Part shown: positions 53,121 through 64,000 of the stretch, one piece after another
Position numbering within the stretch: the first letter of the stretch is position 1
Layout of the letters: each line of letters opens with the position of its first letter
NCBI GenBank assembly: GCA_963693365.1
Contig: CAVNZM010000008.1
Coordinates: 9,856,293-9,920,292, forward strand
DNA: 64,000 bases
Source of the DNA: Amoebidium appalachense
Lineage: Eukaryota; Protista; Ichthyosporea
Direction: 5' to 3'
Made by a program: the position numbers and the translations under genes
Notes under the pieces: model-generated
What the model was told of the DNA's origin: nothing
The model's input: the letters and a program-made list of their open reading frames with translations, nothing else
Databases searched by the model: none

Positions 53121-54007
53121 AGGGGGGGGAGGGGTAGCTTAGGTACACGTGTCAAAGGTCGTGTCGGTCTTTCTTCATTTCTCTCCCCTTGCCCCTCCCC
53201 ATCCACCCCACACACATCTCTTTTTCCTGTGCTGTGTGCGCCCTCGGCATGTGTGGTGTCTTTGTGTGTCTGCAAGGGGAAGGGGAAGGGGAAGGGGAGC
53301 TGGAAGGGGAAGGAGGAGAGCGGGGGAGGGGGGGGGGGGGGGGGGGGGGGGTCAGGTACCCAGGCATGGAATGGAGGAATCTGTGCAGTTGCTGACGGGG
53401 CTGTGGTAGGCTGAAGTGGTTTCAGCCTTCAGAATCATGTAGTGCACATAGTCATCCTGTGTGTTTTGTGTGTGTGTGTGTGTGTTCGTGGTGTGTGTGC
53501 GCGTGCGTGGAGGAGGAAGTGTGGAGGGCGAAAGGAGGTTAGTGGTAATTTTTGCGGGCGGAAGGGGTAGTGGCGGAGGGATTCATGTGTTTGAGTGTGG
53601 AGGTGGGAAGGATGTGGCATTGGAGAGGAGTGAGGGGTGAGGTCGTGGGTGGGGGAGTAGTAACTGTGTTTGATGTGTTTAGGGTGTGGTATTTGGGGGG
53701 GAGGGGAGGTTTGATACCTGATCGCCGCTGAAGTCTTCTGTCATGCGGTGGGTCAGCACCCCATCATCCCACACCTGCACACACCAACCAAAATATATTT
53801 AGATCATGGACCCCCATCCCCCCCCCCTCCCTTCCTCATCACGCACACACACCTCCTTCCTTAACCAACAATGAGAAAGGGAAAATCACATGCAACAACC
53901 CCCATTTCAGCACAGCCGCACCCCTGCATCTCATACCCTTTGACTCCTTTTCTTTCCCTACTCTCTCATTCTCATATATTTTAGAAGGGTGTGTGTGTGT
54001 GCGTGTG

Positions 54008-54059
<52 letters not shown>

Positions 54060-54073
54060 GGGGCTGGCGGGGG

Positions 54074-54116
<43 letters not shown>

Positions 54117-54497
54117 AAATCCAGTAAACACAACCACGTACCCAAGCTCCAGAGTACCCAAGCTTCCATCCCAACATCACTTATACAAAATCCAACTCAG
54201 ATACATAATTACTTGAACATGGGTGTGGGTCACCCTTCTTAATCAAAAACGCGCAGGTTAACCTACATGCAAGCAGGAGTCTTAAGCAAGAGAAGTGGGA
54301 AGGGGGGGGGAAGGGGGGGGGGGGGGGGGGCTTAACGTACCGCATGCAGCTCTGTGTGTCGGTTGTAGAAGGTCACGTTAATGCGGTTGCCCCCGAGGTC
54401 TCCCTTGTGCCCCACTGCAAAAACACAGTCAGCCCAACCCAACCCCCCCCCCCCCCCCCTCCCACCCTTTACCACTCAAAGCCTGATTTACCCCCCC

Positions 54498-54528
<31 letters not shown>

Positions 54529-54586
54529 ACACACACACACCTCCCTCCTCCCCCCTACACCTCCTCCTCCCCCCTTTCCCCCGGGA

Positions 54587-54618
<32 letters not shown>

Positions 54619-57084
54619 TACAGCTAGGATAATGCGGAGAAGGGTGGGCTAGAGCGCTAAGTGAGGAGATGAAAGACATTACGGTGTGGTGTTTGTACAA
54701 AAAACGGCATCGGGTTGACAGGAGCTCTTTCTGGTTGTGTGAGGTTTGTGCATCTGCCCCTCGACTCAATTCACCCTCTCTAAATCATCCACCCGCCACC
54801 TAAAGTCTCCGTTCCTTTCCTTCAATTTATTGTTTGAACCACTTCGGTCCCCTTTGCTTTGTGTGTACCTGCGCGCTTGTGGTTTTTTTTTGTTTGTTTG
54901 TTTGTTTGTTTGTTTGTTTTTTCTCTCTATGGGGTGAGGGGGGGGGGGGGGGGGGGGGGGGGAGAATAAAAGAGAAGGAAATGCACGGAAGGGGAGCAAA
55001 GGAAAGGGAGAAGGGAGGGAGGGGGAGTGGGGGAGTGGGATGGTTTGCTAAATCTTGAAGCAAGGGGAATTTCAAATCTGGCACACACCGTGCAGGGGCT
55101 GGTGCAAATCACCCACATAGTGGATGAGGAAAGTTAGAAGCTGCCAGGGGTTAAGGTTGTGCGGGTTGATCTCAGGATCGGAGCTCTGCAAGCCAGTGAC
55201 ATTGCCGGATCTCGCGGGTAGAAGCCGAGCACTGGTAGGGGTGTGTGAGCCCTGCAGGGCGCTGGTGTAGTTGTGGATGGCGGCTACAACACTGCATGGG
55301 GGTTAACGGGTTAGCCCCAGCATGAATGATTGGTAGGTGTGCTGGTTTGGGGCTATAACAAGAATGACCGAGGGAAGGGGAGGCCGGTTGGGGGGTTTGA
55401 ATGTGTCATTAAGTACGAAGTACACATGAACTACGGCTAACACGATGCAGAGTGCAAACCATACATAAAGAGTATGCATAATAAGCAGAGCCCATCCACA
55501 GTACCCGAGTTTCGACCCATTCACCTCGTCAACGAAACCCAACTCAGATACTGTTTCACTTGAACATGAGTGGTTGGGAGGAGGTTATAATGAATGGGGG
55601 GTAAATGCAGGGTGCCCGCGCGTGCATGTGTGTGCGTGAACAGCAAACAAATGCTGCAATAAAAGACACAGCGTCACTAAATCAACTTAACATAGTGCCT
55701 TCTCCTCCCTCCCCCCCACCCTCCCTCTGTCCTTATTTCACTCCACCGTTTTCGCCATTCCATCAACTCCTTTTCCAAATTTCAACACCCTAGCCCCCCT
55801 CCCCCTCCCCCAAACTCACCGCACCCCTCCATCCCACCTCACCCACCCATCCCCCCCCTAGACACACGATCCCTCTACGCGACCCAAAACTCAACCCCTT
55901 CCCACAAAGTCCGCTTCCGCCCCACAATTTTGGTGACCTCGCGCCCCTTTCTCCCCCTCACTCCCCCTCAACCATCACGCTTTCCCGCTACCCAACAGTG
56001 AGTCGCTGGCATATAAGGTGGGATAGTAATACAAACACGAAAGAGTTGATCGCAGGGTGGGGAGGACGCCGGGGGGAGAAAGGGGGGTGGGTGGGTAGGG
56101 GGTGGGAGAGGGCCAGGGGGGGGGGGGGGGGGTGGGGAGGGGGGGGTGGGAGAGAGGGGGGGGAGGGGGGGGGGGGGTATATTAACCATATGCCTGGGTT
56201 GTTGCGCATGTCGTGACAGTCCCTCTTGTAGTCCAGACTGCACTGGAAGTCAGGAGCATCGCAGAAGTGGAGGCTGCTGGTCCACCGCCACTCAGCATAG
56301 TGTTTGACCTCATCGGGCCAACTTGCCTGAAACGGGGAAAAAGGGGGGGGGGGGGGGGGGGGGGGAAGCCATTAGGTCACTAATGGAATCATGGGAAGTT
56401 AATTTTAGATGACCCAGGTGTGTGCTCGGAATGAGATGACGTGGTTGAGTGGGAGGGTAAAAGGTGAATGTGGTTTTGAATGAAGTTCGATAAGCCAGAA
56501 GTGAGTGGTGGGAGCAGTGCATATTGCTCTTCGGCTAAATACCCCTTTCATGCTGCATACATGTGTCCAGAGCACCTTTCAGACCCGAACATATTGCATG
56601 GTATAGATTCTGCAGTGGATGCACGTCTTGACACTGTTGCCATATCAATGGAATATGACCAGCACCTACCACATCACCCAGCGGCTTTCCCAGGATTTTT
56701 CTTGCCAATGCTGCCGTCCCCCTGTCAAGAGTTGCCTGCAAGGAAACTCACACACATCAGCCAGCCGTTAGCTAGCCCAGTCTAAACAAGTAATAATCGT
56801 CTCTGGCACATGAATAAGACCTTCAGCTGCAAGGCAAGCCACACAGATATGAATAAAAAAGACAGAACGGAACATATTGGTATTTCAGTGCACAGAACAT
56901 CACATTAGGATGCAACATCACGACCCGAAAGTGGACATCCAACAGGACCACCTCTCCACCACAGTGCTTGGACAACACCCACCTCCGCTATAGCAGCTGT
57001 GACATAATGGCCCACATGCCCCCAGCCGTAGACACTTGGTAGAAGCGCAGAGAAACTATACAGGCATGCTAGAACAGCCCTCAT
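51483..57084 (-). CDS. S1/P1 nuclease (secreted, zinc-dependent), multi-exon
   Basis: Signal peptide then WGHVGH (exon from 57084). Further exons encode ASWPDEVK...LHFCD...CHD (ends 56186), [10 protein letters not shown]...[11 protein letters not shown] (55291-55089), [10 protein letters not shown]...ELHA (54414-54341), VWDDG (53774-53718), [15 protein letters not shown], and [23 protein letters not shown] to the stop at 51483. Confidence 0.92.
52135..52512 (-). mobile_element. ~380-bp non-autonomous interspersed element (copy B) in the last intron of the S1/P1 nuclease
   Basis: Reverse-complement near-identity to 22310-22686. Same orientation as the host gene, with poly-C on both sides. Confidence 0.8.
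55393..55570 (-). mobile_element. Diverged partial copy of the poly-C-tailed element family
   Basis: Shares tctgagttgg, gggtcgaaactc, gatgggctctgctt and tgtacttcgtac...cattcaaacccc with copy A. Confidence 0.65.
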
Positions 57085-58217
57085 TCTCAACTTGTTGGGG
57101 GAGAGGCACCTCGAAATTATCACTTCGTCAGACGAACGTGAGTAGCTTCTTACAAGCTCTTATAAGGCTTAGCTATACCAAGCATACAGTATAATATTTG
57201 TTGTGTGTTTGTGTGCGTGCGTGTGTGTTTAACACACATGTGCTCCGTCGAGATCTTATCTCCAGAAAACATCACACACATCATCCCACAAACTGCTTGT
57301 TGTTGACTGACTGTTTTCAGTGTTTTGCTTTCGCTTTTTGGGGCCCGGGTACCATATCAGGAGCGGGCAATTTTTGAATTCTCCCTCCCCGGCCCCGCCG
57401 GGGAAAATTTGAGGTTTTTGGACCTCAAAGAAGTCAAATCCTGCAAAATCCACTACCGGGAGGCCAAAAAGGGTGATTTTACAAAAAAGGAGGGACATAC
57501 ATGAAAAAGAGAAAATGGGCGAGTTCAGTGGGCTGCCGATAAGTATATTTCGTGCTGGGCCGGTATACATGCTGCCGTGGTTGTTGCTGTAGACGGCAGT
57601 ATGGCATCGCATGTGTCACGTGACCTGCACGTGAATGCGACCATGTGCAGGCACTGAGTCTAGGGGGATTTGTATGTGTGTTTTGGAGCACCGACAAGGC
57701 AGAGCCAGGGTGAGGGATGTGTAAACATGGAGTTTAGGGAGATCGTGCTGCTATTGTAACATGTGCACAAAACAGCCACGTGCACCGGCACACTCCGGTG
57801 TACAGAACAATAATATGCACATGCGTCACTGTAATATCATGTATGCGCATGCCGCACAAGGTTTAGGAGACCACCACAGTATATACTATTTTCTTTTGGT
57901 TGATATCCATGTAGGAATGGTGTGTTGCAGTTGTCATGATCAGCCTGAGGCAGGCACGTGCACTCACTGAATCACTAGAACTCATGAATAAAAAATACAT
58001 TCGCTAAAAACGGCAAGGTAAATTTGGGGCCAAGCTATTATTTCCCCCTTTTAAACGTTTTTTTAGCTCCAAGAACTTCGACGCCAAAATTTCTATATTT
58101 GGCCATCGTATATGATAATGAACACGTGTACTTAAATTAAAGTAGTTATATAAATATGAGCGGCCCGTTACAAATACAGTGACGAAAAACAGTGACCCAC
58201 GAGCAGTTTTCTTTCTA

Positions 58218-58266
<49 letters not shown>

Positions 58267-59599
58267 ACACACACACCAGACACACACACCACCACCACGG
58301 TGACCACCACCACCACCACCACCACCACTCACCCCTTAAAAAAACCACACACATACGTGCACGTGTACACACACACACAGAACACCACCACCACCTCCAC
58401 TGGACCCCATTTCCTCGTTGTTTTCTTAAGCCTTCAGACCAGTCCTGCACACTGGAGTTAAACAATTGAATTCACCTAGGCTGACATGCATCCACCCCCG
58501 CCTTCCACTTCCCTCCCCCCACCCCCTCCCCCCACCCCCCCCCACCCCCACCCCTCCCCCTCGATGAAGAAGGGCCCCCGTAAGCCTTGGGGGGGGGGGG
58601 GGGAGGGGGGGGGAGGGGGGGGGGGGGGGGAGCTCTTGAGCCTCCGGGTAGGGAAGTGGGGTCCGGGGATCCGGAGAGGAGGGGGGGGGGGGGGGGGGGG
58701 GGGGAGAGGGGCATATAATATTGGGCCTAGATATCATAGTATGGGGCCCCGGGGGAGGGGAGAGGTGGGGGGGGGGGAGGGGGAGGATCCACGGGAAAGA
58801 CCTTTAGGTGCATGTTCTTATTTATACCCCCTTCGAATCATCCCCCCTCTCCCCCCCCTCCCCCCCCTGAGTGCAGGCCGTGACGTAGCTACGATAACCC
58901 TGCAGAAGGCAACAAAAATGTATTAATTACTAGCACTATACATGTGTTCATAGTGCAGCTTGCACCACGTATGATCTCAGCAACTTTAAAGTAGTCACAA
59001 AGTTTAGTTATTTTCATTATTTTCATTGCTCTGAACTCTATTACTCTGAAATGATCACCGTGCATGTGCCGCAAGATAACAACCCTATATGTGTGCAGCT
59101 GCTGCCTGCAGGTTAGACTCGCTGAAAAGACAATTGTCAGTGTGCATCCGACGCTTGCAGCTGCAGCTAGCCTCTGCAACATTAATACTTGCCAAGTGAA
59201 TGCTCTTACACTTGATCATCATTCACTCAAAAAACCGAGGACCGACAGATTAAATATTAATGTCGATCCGAATGATCAGCAAGTGTCTATGCGTACTACT
59301 ATATATACACACACGTAAAATGCGAAGCTATCAGTTACAAGGCACACCTGCTGCACTGGCACACATACACATACACACCGGCAGATCGATGCTGTCAAAA
59401 TTTACTTTCATGTACTTCGTAGGTCCGACACAGGTGCACATGAACACGTACATATGTACAAGCCGCGCACACACCACACCACACATACACACACACACAC
59501 ACACACTCACACACACACACGCACACACGCACACACGCACACACGCACACACGCACGCACGCACGCACACACACACACACACACGCACGCACGCGCGCG

Positions 59600-59669
<70 letters not shown>

Positions 59670-60110
59670 GACACACACACACACACACACATCACTGGGT
59701 GCGCTCGCTGGGGATTAGTTTTTTGGCACGCTGTTGACTTTATCGTGTGTTTATTATTTGCTATTTATTGGCCAGCGGCCAACATTTAAAAATATACTAT
59801 ATACCTAAAAATAGATACTGACTACGGCCAGCAGACATTATACACCTTCCAGGACACATTAACACCAATAGTCTAACACACCATACTCTCGATCACAAAG
59901 AATTCCTAACAAACAGAGAAAAGTGCAAAGGCTCTGTACTATTACTCAGATTCTAAATTTTAATTCTTTACAGTAAACTTCGGAATGAAAGCTAGCCCCC
60001 CCCCCCCCCCCCCCCCCCCCCTCCCCCCTAACATGACTGTACGAAGAACAGGTATAACTTGAAGCACTACAACACATATGAGATCCGTTACATTGGTGTA
60101 CATTCCAATA

Positions 60111-61780
60111 TTAGACACTAGTTTGGCTACTCTGACTACTCTGAGATCCTGATTGGCTGCCTGCAGACTTGCGGCCACGATTACTTTGCTTTCGATCGTG
60201 CCATTGCAGCTGCGTCTCTCCAGCAGGTGGCAACGCCAGGCCCAGCACAGCAGATGCACGAGAAGGGGGTGGGAACTGCCCACCAGCCGAGGGCTGGCCC
60301 ACATGGCCCAAGTAAGGATGGGGACCGTGCTGCGGCAGTAGCCCAGGCATGGGGAAGGCAGGGCCGGGCTGAGGCGGCATGATGCCCCACGGTGGGGGCC
60401 AGCCATGTGGGTGGTGCGGGCCTGGATGGGGTGCAGGGGGCATGTGCGGCACATGGCCCTGCTGCATGTCAAGCGCGGGTGCTGGTGGCATGGCATCCTG
60501 ATTGGCTGCAACCCAACGTGGGCAGCTCTTGGCCCGATTGGAGCCGGGGCAGCCCTTGCCCTGGCGGCCACACGTCTTGCAGGTCTTGGGGGCTCTCTGG
60601 GGTGGCTGCATAGGAGGGGGCACCGGCAAATCCATCTGCAGGGGCCCCTCAGGGCCAATGTTGCGATGCTTTTTGCCCACTAGCATGGGCAAGGGCCGCT
60701 CACGCTGCGCCCCTGCATCGACACCGTCTGGAACAGGGAGGGGTGGCAAGGGGGCAGGCCGTATGGTTGCTGGCACAGCGTCTGCCCTCTCCTCGCGCAT
60801 ACGCTTGCGGTGATCTGCCAGGCCCTCGTGTGTGGAGCGCTGTGCATGTGCCGTCTGCCAGGTCTTCCACTTGTCGAAATGCTTCTTGATGTAGGCCGCA
60901 TCCTTCATGTAGATTCCCCCAGCCACAGAGGCAGCCTTGTTGAAGTCTTGGGCCAAAGCCTCGAACAGCTGGCCGTTGGGCTTTGCATGTGCCTTGTAGG
61001 TGCCCAGGAGCAGCGTGCTGAATAGCTTGCGCTCCTGAGGGGTAAGCACCGGAAGGAAGGGGATGGCCACATGTTGCTTCTGCGCCAGGAACTTGTAGTC
61101 GCCCCTCAGTGCAGGGTCCGGCTGTGGTGCACCACGCGCCACCTGGTTGCCCCCCCCCCATGGCAGCACCGTCACCCTCCTCGACCTCACAGTCCTCTGG
61201 CCCGCCCATCACGCCATTGGCTGCAGGCTCGATGTTATCAGACGGAGGTGGGGGTGCGGGCACCGCAACTGGCTCCTGCGCCGGGGCATTGGCCACACAG
61301 GAGAGCGGGGCAAAGTTGAAGTACTCCTCCGGTAGCTTGTAGCAGCCTACGGGTACCCACTGGGGGTCGAGGTGATGGCCGTACAGCATCAGCGCCAGTG
61401 CCTCCATGTCGTCAACAATCCAGGGGCTGTAGTGGGGGGGCCCCGATGCCTGGCCCAGGCGGTTGCGGTAGTGTGCACGCAGGTTGTGGCGGTGGCGCCT
61501 ATTGGACATGGTGGCGTCCAGCAGGCGCAGCGACATGCGTGTGGCCCCAAAGTGGGTGGCCAGGGGGTTGTGCACTGCCCCCTCCACCTCGTTGGTGCCC
61601 CGGATGCAGCGGTAGCGCATGAGCCCATCTGCGTCGGCAGTGGTCTCGTAGTAGAGGGGCAGGCCGGGGGGGTCCGACAGACAGCCATTTTGGGCGTGTT
61701 CGAGCAGCGACTGTGGGGGCACAAGCAAACATCAGAGAGATGGGTGGGTGGTGGTGGTGGTAGTGTGTGTGTATGTGTGT

Positions 61781-61811
<31 letters not shown>

Positions 61812-61895
61812 GGGGGGGGGGGATGGGGTTGCTAAGGAAAAAAACGAGCAGGGAAAGGCAAAAAACAACTGGCTAGGCAGCAAGGGCCGTGCGGG

Positions 61896-61967
<72 letters not shown>

Positions 61968-62550
61968 ATGTTTGGGGGGGGGGGAGGGGGGGGGGGGGGG
62001 GGGGAGGCTAGGGTGTGCGTGTGTGTGCAGATGAACCAAGGATGACAAATAAGCGAAGAATCTTTTCTGTGGTGGTGGAGTTGTTGGGCGCCTGCAGGGG
62101 AGGGGGGGGGGGGGGGGATGTTGCCTCGAGTCTTTCAAAGCCATCCTTCTTGAACAGAGGCTTGCCATCCGGTCCGGGCGGCACATCCTTGTAGGTGTTT
62201 TTGAACTCCACCAGCCGCGAGACCAGCGTGTATGGGTCGGGAATAACCCGCCGGATGCGCTCCATGAAGTAGCTCAGGTCGCCGCCCTTGAGCTCGGTTT
62301 CAATGTCGATGCCCTTCTGCTCCAGCACCCCCTGTGAGGCAGGATGCCAATATTAATTTACTACGCACACTGCAATTTGGGTTTGGTAGACTTTGATACC
62401 TGCCGTTATTGTAGGACCCCTCCCCTCCACCCCCCCATCTTCTCCCCCAACACAAGTAAAAAATGCATGTGGCTATTTCCCCCCACAACCCTACATTATT
62501 TCTCTCTAGGCATATGAATAACCCCCACTCTCCTCCCCCCTCCCCCCCCC

Positions 62551-62590
<40 letters not shown>

Positions 62591-63636
62591 TTCCCCCCCT
62601 CTCTCTGAGGCTCAGGCTCTCTCTCTTCCCTCAGAAGTTTTGTCGAAGGTGTGCATGGTTGTGGGTGGAATGGTGAGTGTGTGCTAACGAGTGTATGTGT
62701 GTGTGCGCGTCAGTCACGCATGTTGTTGTTGCCGTTTTTTTTATTTTTATTTTTTATTTTTTATTTTGGGGGGGGGGGGGGAGGGAGAGAGGCACCTTCA
62801 CATGTCCGTAATCCTCTTCATTCCACACAAATATTGCCTCGCTGAGTGCGCGTGCGTACTCAGCCCTGCGGGGGTGTGACTTGTACGTGCCGTCCGCCGT
62901 GTTTGCAATGGAGTGGAAGGCGTCATTCAGCACAGTCTGCCACACCACCTCCCCAGGCGGTGCCTGGCCCAACATGCCCTCTCTGGGAGCTGCCTCGGGT
63001 CCCCCTGGGGCTGCCTCAAGGCCCCCCGGGGCTGCCTGGGGGTCCTGGGGGGGTGCCTGTGGGCCGGCAAGGGGTTGCTGCTGCTCGGCAGGGGGAGGAC
63101 TGGCAGGGGGAGGGGCTGGGTCAGGGACCACCGGCACCTCGGCACCTGGGTCCGGTGGGGGCTGAATGGGCCGTAGCCACTGCAGGTGCACCATCAGCTC
63201 AAAGGGCGGCGGGCCCAGCTCTCCCAGGGTCTTGCCCTTGTCGGGGCCAAAGGGCACCTGCATGGCCGGCGACAGCACCTGATCCACCCGCACCACTGCA
63301 TGCTTCTTGCCCACCTTCATGCCCCCCCAGCGCTCCGGCTGCACAGCCAGCACCACCCCGGTGGCTGCTGCAGCATGTGGGCCCCGCCGGGGCACAATCT
63401 CAACCCCTTCACCGAGTGCCTTTGCATGAAGCCGCGCTGCATGTCATAGAGGGAAGCAAAAAACTCAGCCAAAAAGCCACAGCACCAACGTTTTTCTCTT
63501 CGCTCCACAAAAATCAAATGCATATTCCTTAGCAACCCCCTTCCCCCCCCCCCCCCCCCTTCTCCCTCCCCCCCCCCCCCCCCCCTCTCCCAGTGCCCAG
63601 CTTGTGTGGCACTTGCACGTGTTAACAGTGCTATAG

Positions 63637-63668
<32 letters not shown>

Positions 63669-64000
63669 ACCACCACCACCACCACCAATCACCCCCTCCT
63701 TTGATAGCCACCCGACACCCAGCATAACACAACTGGAACACTGGCCCATGTGGTCAGCCACCCCCCCCCCCCCCCCCCTCCTCCCCCTCCCCTCTCCTCT
63801 GGGGGGCCCACAATCTTTCTATATCTGGCATAAGCACATAAGCACTGGGGCAAAAAGCAGGTGGGATACACACCTGACAGGTTTGGCCTATCGACCACGG
63901 CCGAGTAGACCTGCAGGGACGCATATGCATCAAGGGCAGCGTAGGTGGCCTGCACCTCTGATAGCGGCTCGTGCCAGTTGGAGCATCGAACAAGTGCCGG
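60111..64000 (-). mobile_element. Zisupton/KDZ-like DNA transposon gene: WRN-type 3'-5' exonuclease fused to a transposase with a C-terminal Cys cluster; 5' part lies beyond the window
   Basis: Exons 64000-63874 (VRCSNWHEPLSEVQATYAALDAY, exonuclease motif III), 63436-62796 (LNDAFH...ALSEAIFVWNEED), 62331-62125 (RRVIPDP...PLF) and 61710-60111 (LSDPPGLPLY, YRCIRGTNEVEGAVH, then after a frameshift in the C-run 61150-61159 YKFLAQKQ...LPVLTPQERKLF and TCKTC...CPG...C). The family assignment is from recalled motifs, not a search. Confidence 0.65.

Noticed and set aside
57256-60110. Possible terminus of the Zisupton-like element or a further gene
   Set aside because: No TIR, TSD or recognisable coding exon can be supported from this window alone.

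Overview
Eukaryotic, intron-rich genomic DNA. Inference: a unicellular opisthokont/holozoan-like organism that retains a minor spliceosome. Introns are packed with poly-C/poly-G runs and (CA)n/(GT)n microsatellites, so nearly all ORFs in the six-frame track are repeat artefacts. Manual exon stitching gives six protein genes. (1) Inositol monophosphatase (minus, runs off the left edge). (2) An intronless, bacterial-type iron-containing alcohol dehydrogenase with a triplicated 288-bp upstream block. (3) LARP1 (La motif + DM15). (4) A Diaphanous-type formin of about 28 exons with an AT-AC (U12-type) intron and two GC-AG introns. (5) A secreted S1/P1 nuclease (minus). (6) A Zisupton/KDZ-like transposase fused to a WRN-type 3'-5' exonuclease (minus, runs off the right edge). 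There is also a TTAA-flanked piggyBac-type MITE. The most unusual signals are a dispersed element family that ends in poly-C and lies in the sense orientation of its host introns, C-runs placed just after many 5' splice sites, and duplications of exon ends, some diverged mainly at synonymous sites. Homopolymer lengths are probably unreliable, so frameshifts inside them may be sequencing errors.
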